Source of the DNA: an uncultured Bacteroidales bacterium
GTDB lineage: Bacteria; Bacteroidota; Bacteroidia; Bacteroidales; JAGOPY01
Direction: 5' to 3'
NCBI GenBank assembly: GCA_963823285.1
Contig: CAWGKX010000006.1
Location: forward strand, 87,648 to 151,647
DNA: 64,000 nt
Shown here: positions 19,680 through 29,100 of the stretch, piece after piece
Layout of the letters: each line of letters starts with the position of its first letter
How positions within the stretch are numbered: the first letter of the stretch is position 1
Notes under the pieces: model-generated
The model's input: only the letters and a program-made list of their open reading frames with translations
Databases searched by the model: none
What the model was told of the DNA's origin: nothing
Translations under genes and position numbers: made by a program

Positions 19680-20087
19680 TCATTTTGACAGAGTGGCCAG
19701 GATCACTTTATGTCGCGTCCCATTTTTCTTGTTGATTACATCGACAGCATCCAGAACAGTCAGTAAGTCCTGTACATTGACCGATTTATCAGCTTTCAAA
19801 ACAATGGTGCCTTCAGTCTGGCCAGCAAGTTTTTGTGCAATTTGGGATTGAAGCATATCCTTATTGACCTGGATTTCATCAACGAAGAAATTTTGCTCTG
19901 AATCAATGTAGACTGATAAAGTTTGTTGGGCAATGGTACTGTTGCTACTTGAAAGAAGAATTTTAATAAAGTTGGGTGCAACCAGGGTAGAGGTAATCAT
20001 GAAAAAGATCAGCAAAAGGAAAACAAGATCTGACATGGAAGCCAGGCTGAATGTAGCGCTGATTTTATTCCTGGTTCTTATAGCCAT
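19680..20087 (-). CDS. exbD: ExbD/TolR biopolymer transport protein
   Basis: The 135-aa ORF has the N-terminal TM SMSDLVFLLLIFFMITSTLV and a periplasmic domain with the typical IVLKADKSVNVQDLLTVLD segment. Confidence 0.85.
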   Translation of the reverse strand: MAIRTRNKISATFSLASMSDLVFLLLIFFMITSTLVAPNFIKILLSSSNSTIAQQTLSVYIDSEQNFFVDEIQVNKDMLQSQIAQKLAGQTEGTIVLKADKSVNVQDLLTVLDAVDVINKKNGTRHKVILATLSK

Positions 20088-20133
20088 ATCTTTTTATTCT
20101 CAAATTATGACAGGTTGATGGTGGGATAAGTGT

Positions 20134-20730
20134 TTATTTTACAGGTTCATGAAGCATATCCATGAACTCTGAAGTCTGCAGCTCAAGATTATGAACCAAT
20201 TTTTCAATCCTGGAAACCAGGATATTATAAAAGACATATGACAGGATTCCCACTATTAATCCGCCCACAGTTGTAATCAAAGCCTGGTAAATGCTAATTG
20301 AAAAAAGTTCAATATTAATGTTATTACCTGATTTTGACAAATCATAGAAAGTAATGGCGATACCGGTCACAGTACCAAGGAAGCCAAGCATTGGCGCAGC
20401 GCCGGCTATCATTGCCAGTCCGGCTACATTTTTTTCTAACCTGGCCACTTCGATGTTGCCTGAATTTTCAATAGCTGCATTGATATCACCCAGGGGTCTC
20501 CCTATACGTTTCAGTCCTTTTTCGATCATTCGGGCACCGGGACTTTCATTGGTTCTGCAGATAGAAAGTGCCGAATCAATCTGGTCGTTAGCCATGAAAT
20601 CCCTGATATTGTTCATGAAATGCTGATCATCCCTGATGGCCTTGTCGATGGTAAGATATCTTTCAATAAAGATATAAATGGCAATGACAAACATTAAGCT
20701 AAGTACTATCATCATCATTAATCCGGTCAT
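20134..20730 (-). CDS. exbB: MotA/TolQ/ExbB proton-channel protein
   Basis: The 198-aa ORF has 3 TM segments and the conserved GAAPMLGFLGTVTGI block. Confidence 0.85.
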   Translation of the reverse strand: MTGLMMMIVLSLMFVIAIYIFIERYLTIDKAIRDDQHFMNNIRDFMANDQIDSALSICRTNESPGARMIEKGLKRIGRPLGDINAAIENSGNIEVARLEKNVAGLAMIAGAAPMLGFLGTVTGIAITFYDLSKSGNNINIELFSISIYQALITTVGGLIVGILSYVFYNILVSRIEKLVHNLELQTSEFMDMLHEPVK

Positions 20731-20860
20731 AACATTTTCATTTATAATATTTTAAACTTCGAAAAAGCCAGATTGTCATAGCATGTCTAAAGATAAGTAA
20801 ATTTAATTAAGAGGATGAATGAATATTAATGGCTGATGAACAATTATTGCCTGAAAAATG

Positions 20861-20920
20861 TTAATCTGCGTTAATCCGGAGGATTTTCACCACAGATTAA
20901 CACAGATTAACGCAGATTAA
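20861..20920 (-). terminator. 16-bp perfect inverted repeat downstream of the 258-aa gene (probable operon terminator); the right arm lies within a 10-bp x3 tandem repeat
   Basis: The arm ttaatctgcgttaatc (20861-20876) is the exact reverse complement of gattaacgcagattaa (20905-20920). The right arm is part of cacagattaa cacagattaa cgcagattaa (20891-20920). The minus strand is U-rich just after the stem. Confidence 0.5.
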
Positions 20921-20939
20921 ATACAGAAAAACAAATTCT

Positions 20940-21716
20940 CTATCCAGAGATTCTTCTCCTGTAAATGAACAATGTAACCACTGTCATCAGTCCGATGCCC
21001 AGGAACAATGACCAGTTCGAAAGTGGTATCTTATGGCCGCAATTAGTGGATACACAGATGGTGCTCACGGGTTGACCAACAGAGTTTCCGTTAAAATTAT
21101 ATTCCCAGTTGAACTGGACGACGTTTTCGGTGGTTGGGGATGAATCTTGCTGACCGGTCTGATCGACAACCGTCATAACCACTCCGTCATCACCTTGCAG
21201 GTAACCTCCTGACAGGAAATCTTCCTGCAGGTCCCAGATAATGGGTGGACAGAAATTATCCACTCCTTCCAGTGCAACTGGATCTTTTACCCGGAAACAG
21301 ATATGGAATAACTTGGTCCACGTGGTAGTGGACAAAGAGATAGTCGCAGGGCCAAACACCTGGACCTGCCCGTTGAACCATTCCAGCGGGCCGGAAAGTC
21401 CGAAGAAAGACCCGCTACCGGGAGCTTGTTGCTCAACCACGGGAGGTTCCAGAACGTTATATCCATCCTGGAAGTCACCTATTGACAGGTATTCAAGGAT
21501 ATTGCCATCATAAAAGAAGCGGACATTCATCCCAAATAGCTTCTGCCCGGGAGTATCGGAAATAAATTCGACGTCCAGGCAATAGGTTTGGGTGGGACAG
21601 TCGTAAACCGGATTGGCAAAACGAACTGTCACCACAGGTAAAGCAGGTTGAGCCGCGACTTGAAATCCAGATAAAACCAGGATAAAAAGCACAGGCAGAT
21701 AGATTTTAGTTTTCAT
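20940..21716 (-). CDS. Cohesin-like domain protein with C-terminal TM/basic sorting-signal-like tail (copy A)
   Basis: The 258-aa ORF has the signal peptide MKTKIYLPVLFILVLSGFQVAAQ. Its module contains VRFFYDGNILEYLSIG, matching the xIxYDxxxLxFxG landmark of the other cohesin-like modules in the locus. The tail is IPLSNWSLFLGIGLMTVVTLFIYRRRISG. Confidence 0.6.
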   Translation of the reverse strand: MKTKIYLPVLFILVLSGFQVAAQPALPVVTVRFANPVYDCPTQTYCLDVEFISDTPGQKLFGMNVRFFYDGNILEYLSIGDFQDGYNVLEPPVVEQQAPGSGSFFGLSGPLEWFNGQVQVFGPATISLSTTTWTKLFHICFRVKDPVALEGVDNFCPPIIWDLQEDFLSGGYLQGDDGVVMTVVDQTGQQDSSPTTENVVQFNWEYNFNGNSVGQPVSTICVSTNCGHKIPLSNWSLFLGIGLMTVVTLFIYRRRISG

Positions 21717-23118
21717 AATATGCTTGTTTTATAATGATACAATAACATGACATTCTTTTGCAGGATAAATCCTGTGTTGGTTTGATAAGATTAAAGAATA
21801 TATGATCTTTCATGACCGTGGGAATTTAATTTTTGGGTACTGAAGAGAATTTACCATTGTTAAACTCCCAGGTGGTGCGATCGTTATAATTGCAGTCACC
21901 GTTGAGGTTGTAATCGCCGGTGCGATAACGGCCTGTAGTGCCATTCTGACCTTCCCAGTAGGTTCTGTCATCAAAGTTGATATCAGTAACAGAACTGGCA
22001 GGGATCACCTGCTGACCATTACCGGCATACATGGCGAAGATGCCCGGGAGGATCTCCTTCTGTCCGTAGCCTAATCCGGTGATAACATCGATATAACTCT
22101 GGACATTACGGAAGTCGAAAGTGAGGGTGTCATTGGCGATAGGCACCGGATCAGCAGACATGACAATCAGGTGATTACGATGTTCGATGACCAGGTAGTA
22201 GGAACTGTCTAAATTCAGGCTGCAGCAGTCAAAACCACCATCCACAAATTCGATATGGCCGTCGTTATGCAGTAGTGCAGCTTTGCGGCATAGATTTCCA
22301 CCTTCGGGGGCACTCCTGAGGGATACCAGCACCCAATCCACCACAGTGGCAGGATAGTTAGCAGTGCCAGGATTTGGGTTTCCATGAGAATCATATCCGA
22401 AGCCTTCAGTGCCGTTATAATTCCAGGGAGCACCAGAATAAGGCTGTCCCGGAGGAGTATATACGTTACCGGAAAAGACACTAAAGTATGTTTGACCCGG
22501 CAATATCTTCAGGTTGTTGAGACTGGTGCGCATGGGCACGGTATAAGTCTGGGTACCTCCCGGATTAATCGCAGCACCGTCAAGATATACCCAGGTTTTA
22601 ACAAACAGATCGCTGATGTTGATGATCTGCTGGCATGTCGCTGGATTACCGCAATTATCCTCAATCTCGTAGGTTCGAATGATTGTATTTCCGGATGGTA
22701 CATCACTCACCCAGATAAAGGAACCCTCATCGATACCGCAATTATCCGAGGCGGAACCACCGGCAGCGACGAAGGCTGCATAGTTGGCATACGGATCGGG
22801 TGCCGTGCATATCACAGAAAGGCCAGCAGGGCAGTTCAATGTGGGAGGCTCATTATCGCTTACAGTATAGGTGTAAGTCCAGTCGGCCGTTGTGGTTCCA
22901 TCGCAGGCGGTATAGCGGTATGTCCAGACAACCTGGCCTTCGCAAATAATCGGGTTAGGCGTTGTCACAGAGCCTACCAGAACGGAGGACACTGTTCTTC
23001 CGCATGCATCAGTAATATTAGCTGGGGCACCCGGATTCACTGCATCTACAGAGCAGGATACGGTGGATAATCCGTTAGCCGGCGGGGTAAGTCCGCTGGA
23101 GTAGATAACCGTGTAGGT
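20954..23118. repeat. Segmental duplication, copy A (partner 33866..36029)
   Basis: The two copies are collinear at a constant offset of 12912/12911 bp. They differ by a handful of substitutions and one 1-bp indel in the intergenic part. The segment covers the 258-aa gene, the intergenic spacer and the 3' 1.3 kb of the giant gene. Confidence 0.9.
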
Positions 23119-26100
23119 CTTGGTCCAGTCGGCCGTGGTGGTTCCGTTACAGGCAGTATAACGGTATCTCCAGACAATAGATCCATTGCAGGTCACCGGG
23201 TTGGGTGTTTGTTCCTTACCAATTAAGGTTGCCGAGACGGTACGTCCGCAGGCATCGGTAATATTGGCAGGGGCACCCGGATCGGTTGCATTGGACGGGC
23301 AGGAAACAGTGGCGGTGGTGTTGACCGGAGGGGTCAGACTACCGGAGTAAATAACCGTGTAGGTCTTGGTCCAGTCGGCCGTGGTGGTTCCGTCACATGC
23401 GGTATAACGGTATCTCCATACGATCGATCCATTGCAGTCCACCGGATCAGGTGATTGTTCTTTGCCAATTAAGGTTGCCGAGACGGTACGTCCGCAGGCA
23501 TCGGTAATGTTTTCCGGAGCCCCCGGATCGGTTGCATTGGACGGGCAGGAAACAGTGGCGGTGGTGTTAACCGGAGGGGTCAGACTACCGGAGTAAATAA
23601 CCGTGTAGGTCTTGGTCCAGTCGGCCGTAGTGGTTCCATCACAGGCGGTATAACGGTATCTCCAGACGATAGATCCGTTGCATGTCACCGGGTTGGGTGT
23701 TTGTTCCTTACCAATTAAGGTTGCCGAGACGGTACGTCCGCAGGCATCGGTAATGTTGGCAGGAGCGCCCGGGTCGGTTGCATTGGACGGGCAGGAAACA
23801 GTGGCAGTGGCGTTAACCGGAGGGGTTAGTCCGCCAGAGTAAATCACCGTGTAGGTCTTGGTCCAGTCGGCGGTGGTGGTTCCGTCACATGCGGTATAAC
23901 GGTATCTCCAGACGATCGATCCATTGCATGTCACCGGGTTGGGAGTTTGTTCCTCGCCGACTAAGGTTGCCGGGCCGGTAAGTCCGCAGGCATCGGTAAT
24001 GTTGGCAGGAGCGCCCGGGTCGGTTGCATCAGCCGGGCAGGAAACAGTGGCGGTGGCGTTAGCCGGAGGGGTAAGTCCGCCGGAGTAAATCACCGTGTAG
24101 GTCTTGGTCCAGTCGGCCGTAGTGGTTCCATCACAGGCGGTGTAACGGTATCTCCATACGATCGATCCGTTGCAGGTCACCGGGTTGGGTGTTTGTTCCT
24201 CGCCGACTAAGGTTGCCGAGACAGTGCGTCCGCAGGCATCGGTAATGTTGGCAGGCGCCCCTGGATCGGTTGCATTGGACGGGCAGGAAACAGTGGCGGT
24301 AGTGTTAACCGGAGGGGTAAGTCCGCCGGAGTAGATCACCGTGTAGGTCTTGGTCCAGTCGGCCGTTGTGGTTCCGTCACAGGCGGTATAACGGTATCTC
24401 CATACGATCGATCCGTTGCAGGTCACCGGGTTGGGTGTTTGTTCCTCGCCGACTAAGGTTGCCGAGACAGTGCGTCCGCAGGCATCGGTAATGTTGGCAG
24501 GCGCCCCTGGATCGGTTGCATTGGACGGGCAGGAAACAGTGGCAGTGGCGTTAGCCGGAGGGGTCAGGCCGCCAGAGTAGATCACCGTGTAGGTCTTGGT
24601 CCAGTCGGCCGTTGTGGTTCCATCACAGGCGGTATAACGGTATCTCCAGACGATCGATCCGTTGCAGGTCACCGGGTTGGGTGTTTGTTCTTCGCCAACT
24701 AAGGTTGCCGAGACAGTGCGTCCGCAGGCATCGGTAATGTTGGCAGGCACCCCAGGGTCGGTTGCATTGGACGGGCAGGAAACAGTGGCAGTGGCGTTAG
24801 CCGGAGGGGTCAGTCCGCCGGAGTAGATCACCGTGTAGGTCTTGGTCCAGTCGGCCGTTGTGGTTCCGTCACAGGCGGTATAACGGTATCTCCATACGAT
24901 CGATCCATTGCAGGTCACAGGGTTGGGTGTTTGTTCCTCACCGACTAAGGTTGCCGAAACGGTACGTCCGCAGGCATCGGTAATGTTGGCAGGAGCGCCC
25001 GGGTCGGTTGCATTGGACGGGCAGGAAACAGTGGCGGTGGTGTTAGCCGGAGGGATCAAGCCGCCGGAGTAAATAACCGTGTAGGTCTTGGTCCAGTCGG
25101 CCGTTGTGGTTCCATCACAGGCGGTATAACGGTATCTCCAGACGATCGATCCATTGCAGTCCACCGGGTTGGGTGTTTGTTCTTTCCCGACTAAGGTTGC
25201 CGGGACGGTACGTCCGCAGGCATCGGTAATATTGGCAGGAGCACCCGGATCGGATGCATTGGACGGGCAGGAAACAGTGGCGGTGGTGTTAACAGGAGGA
25301 GTAAGTCCGCCGGAGTAAATAACCGTGTAGGTCTTGGTCCAGTCGGCCGTTGTGGTTCCGTCACAGGCGGTATAACGGTATCTCCAGACAATAGATCCAT
25401 TGCAGGTCACCGGGTTGGGTGTTTGTTCCTTGCCAATTAAGGTTGCCGGGACGGTACGTCCGCAGGCATCGGTAATATTGGCAGGAGCGCCCGGGTCGGT
25501 TGCATTGGACGGGCAGGAAACAGTGGCGGTGGTGTTAGCCGGAGGGGTCAGGCCGCCGGAGTAGATAACCGTGTAGGTCTTGGTCCAGTCGGCCGTTGTG
25601 GTTCCATCACAGGCGGTATAACGGTATCTCCATAGGATCGATCCGTTGCATGTCACCGGATCAGGTGTTTGTTCCTCACCGACTAAGATTGCCGAGACGG
25701 TACGTCCGCAGGCATCGGTAATGTTTTCCGGAGTCCCCGGATCGATTGCATTGGACGGGCAGGAAACAGTGGCGGTGGCGTTAACCGGAGGGGTCAGTCC
25801 GCCGGAGTAAATAACCGTGTAGGTCTTAGTCCAGTCGGCCGTTGTGGTTCCATCACAGGCGGTATAACGGTATCTCCATACGATAGATCCATTGCAGTCC
25901 ACTGGGTTGGGTGTTTGTTCCTTACCAATTAAGGTTGCCGAGACGGTACGTCCGCAGGCATCGGTAATGTTGCCAGGAGCGCCCGGGTCGGTTGCATTGG
26001 ACGGGCAGGAAACAGTGGCGGTGGTGTTAGCCGGAGGGGTCAGTCCGCCGGAGTAGATAACCGTGTAGGTCTTGGTCCAGTCGGCCGTTGTGGTTCCATC

Positions 26101-29100
26101 ACAGGCGGTATAACGGTATCTCCATACGATCGATCCATTGCAGGTCACCGGGTTGGGAGTTTGTTCCTCACCGACTAAGATTGCCGAGACGGTACGTCCG
26201 CAGGCATCGGTAATGTTGCCAGGAGCGCCCGGGTCGGTTGCATTGGACGGGCAGGAAACAGTGGCGGTGGTGTTAACCGGCGGGGTCAGTCCGCCGGAGT
26301 ATATAACCGTGTAGGTCTTGGTCCAGTCGGCGGTGGTGGTTCCATCACAGGCGGTATAACGGTATCTCCATACGATCGATCCATTGCAGTCCACCGGATC
26401 AGGTGATTGTTCCTTACCGACTAAGGTGGCAGAGACGGTACGTCCGCAGGCATCAGTAATGTTTTCCGGAGCGCCCGGATCGGTTGCATTGGACGGGCAG
26501 GAAACAGTGGCGGTTGTGTTAACCGGAGGGGTCAGTCCGCCGGAGTAAATAACCGTGTAGGTCTTGGTCCAGTCGGCCGTGGTGATTTCGTCACAGGCGG
26601 TATAACGGTATCTCCATAGGATCGATCCGTTGCATGTCACCGGATCAGGTGTTTGTTCCTCACCGACTAAGGTTGCCGAGACAGTGCGTCCGCAGGCATC
26701 GGTAATGTTTTCCGGAGCGCCCGGATCGATTGCATTGGACGGGCAGGAAACAGTGGCGGTGGTGTTAACCGGCGGGGTAAGTCCGCCGGAGTAAATAACC
26801 GTGTAGGTCTTGGTCCAGTCGGCCGTTGTGGTTCCATCACAGGCGGTATAACGGTATCTCCATACGATAGATCCATTGCAGTCCACCGGATCAGGTGTTT
26901 GTTCCTCACCGACTAAGGTTGCCGAGACAGTGCGTCCGCAGGCATCGGTAATGTTTTCCGGAGTCCCCGGATCGGTTGCATTGGACGGGCAGGAAACAGT
27001 GGCGGTTGTGTTAACCGGAGGTGTCAGTCCGCCGGAGTAAATCACCGTGTAGGTCTTGGTCCAGTCGGCCGTTGTGATTTCGTCACAGGCGGTATAACGG
27101 TATCTCCAGACGATCAATCCATTGCAGTCCACCGGGTTGGGTGTTTGTTCTTTCCCGACTAAGGTTGCCGAGACGGTACGTCCGCAGGCATCGGTAATGT
27201 TGCCAGGAGCGCCCGGGTCGGTTGCATTGGACGGGCAGGAAACAGTGGCGGTGGTGTTAACCGGCGGGGTCAGTCCGCCGGAGTAAATAACCGTGTAGGT
27301 CTTGGTCCAGTCGGCCGTTGTGGTTCCATCACAGGCGGTATAACGGTATCTCCATACGATCAATCCATTGCAGTCCACCGGGTTGGGTGTTTGTTCCTTG
27401 CCAATTAAGGTTGCCGAGACGGTACGTCCGCAGGCATCGGTAATGTTGGCAGGAGCGCCCGGGTCGGTTGCATTGGACGGGCAGGAAACAGTGGCGGTGG
27501 TGTTAACCGGAGGGGTCAGTCCGCCGGAGTAAATAACCGTGTAGGTCTTGGTCCAGTCGGCCGTTGTGATTTCGTCACAGGCGGTATAACGGTATCTCCA
27601 GACGATCGATCCATTGCAGTCCACCGGGTTGGGTGTTTGTTCTTTCCCGACTAAGGTTGCCGAGACGGTACGTCCGCAGGCATCGGTAATGTTGCCAGGA
27701 GCGCCCGGGTCGGTTGCATTGGACGGGCAGGAAACAGTGGCGGTGGTGTTAACCGGAGGTGTCAGTCCGCCGGAGTAAATAACCGTGTAGGTCTTGGTCC
27801 AGTCGGCCGTTGTGATTTCGTCACAGGCGGTATAACGGTATCTCCAGACGATCGATCCATTGCAGTCCACCGGGTTGGGTGTTTGTTCTTTCCCGACTAA
27901 GGTTGCCGAGACGGTACGTCCGCAGGCATCGGTAATGTTGCCAGGAGCGCCCGGGTCGGTTGCATTGGACGGGCAGGAAACAGTGGCGGTGGTGTTAACC
28001 GGAGGTGTCAGTCCGCCGGAGTAAATAACCGTGTAGGTCTTGGTCCAGTCGGCCGTTGTGATTTCGTCACAGGCGGTATAACGGTATCTCCATACGATCG
28101 ATCCATTGCAGTCCACCGGATCAGGTGATTGTTCCTTACCGACTAAGGTGGCAGAGACGGTACGTCCGCAGGCATCAGTAATGTTTTCCGGAGCGCCCGG
28201 ATCGGTTGCATTGGACGGGCAGGAAACAGTGGCGGTTGTGTTAACCGGAGGTGTCAGTCCGCCGAAGTAAATCACCGTGTAGGTCTTGGTCCAGTCGGCC
28301 GTTGTGATTTCGTCACAGGCGGTATAACGGTATCTCCATACGATCGATCCGTTGCAGTTTACCGGATCAGGTGTTTGTTCCTTGCCAACTAAGGTTGCCG
28401 AGACGGTACGTCCGCAGGCATCGGTAATATTGGCAGGGGCACCCGGATCGGTTGCATTGGACGGGCAGGAAACAGTGGCGGTGGTGTTAACCGGAGGGGT
28501 CAGTCCGCCGGAGTAGATAACCGTGTAGGTCTTCGTCCAGTCGGCCGTGGTGATTCCATCACAGGCGGTATAACGGTATCTCCAGACGATCGATCCATTG
28601 CAGTCCACCGGATCAGGTGATTGTTCCTTACCGACTAAGGTGGCAGAGACGGTACGTCCGCAGGCATCGGTAATATTGGCAGGAGCACCCGGATCGGTTG
28701 CATTGGACGGGCAGGAAACAGTGGCGGTGGTGTTAACCGGAGGGGTCAGTCCGCCGGAGTAGATAACCGTGTAGGTCTTCGTCCAGTCGGCCGTGGTGAT
28801 TCCATCACAGGCGGTATAACGGTATCTCCAGACGATCGATTCATTGCAGTTCACCGGGTTGGGAGTTTGTTCCTTGCCGACTAAGGCTGCCGAGACGGTA
28901 CGTCCGCAGGCATCGGTAATGTTGGCAGGAGCACCCGGATCGGTTGCATTGGACGGGCAGGAAACAGTGGCGGTGGTGTTAACCGGAGGGGTCAGTCCGC
29001 CGGAGTATGTAATGGTATAGGTATAAGTCCATACAAATTCTAGGTTGGCACAATCCTTATAAGTGTAAATCCAGGTATAGGTTCCATTGCAGCCGGCATA

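Noticed and set aside
21826-22100. A T9SS C-terminal sorting domain (type A or type B) at the C-termini of the two giants
   Set aside because: The last approximately 90 aa do not show the type-A pattern seen in the four clear C-terminal domains of this window (..xIYNxxGQxV....GxYxxxV....K(I/L)). They also lack the type-B TPNGDGxND-like pattern. They look dockerin-like instead.
22873-29022. A regular 246-bp periodicity that could suggest a CRISPR array or a satellite
   Set aside because: The units are contiguous with no unique spacers. They sit in one uninterrupted reading frame and encode a conserved 82-aa Cys-containing domain. This is a coding tandem repeat, not CRISPR.
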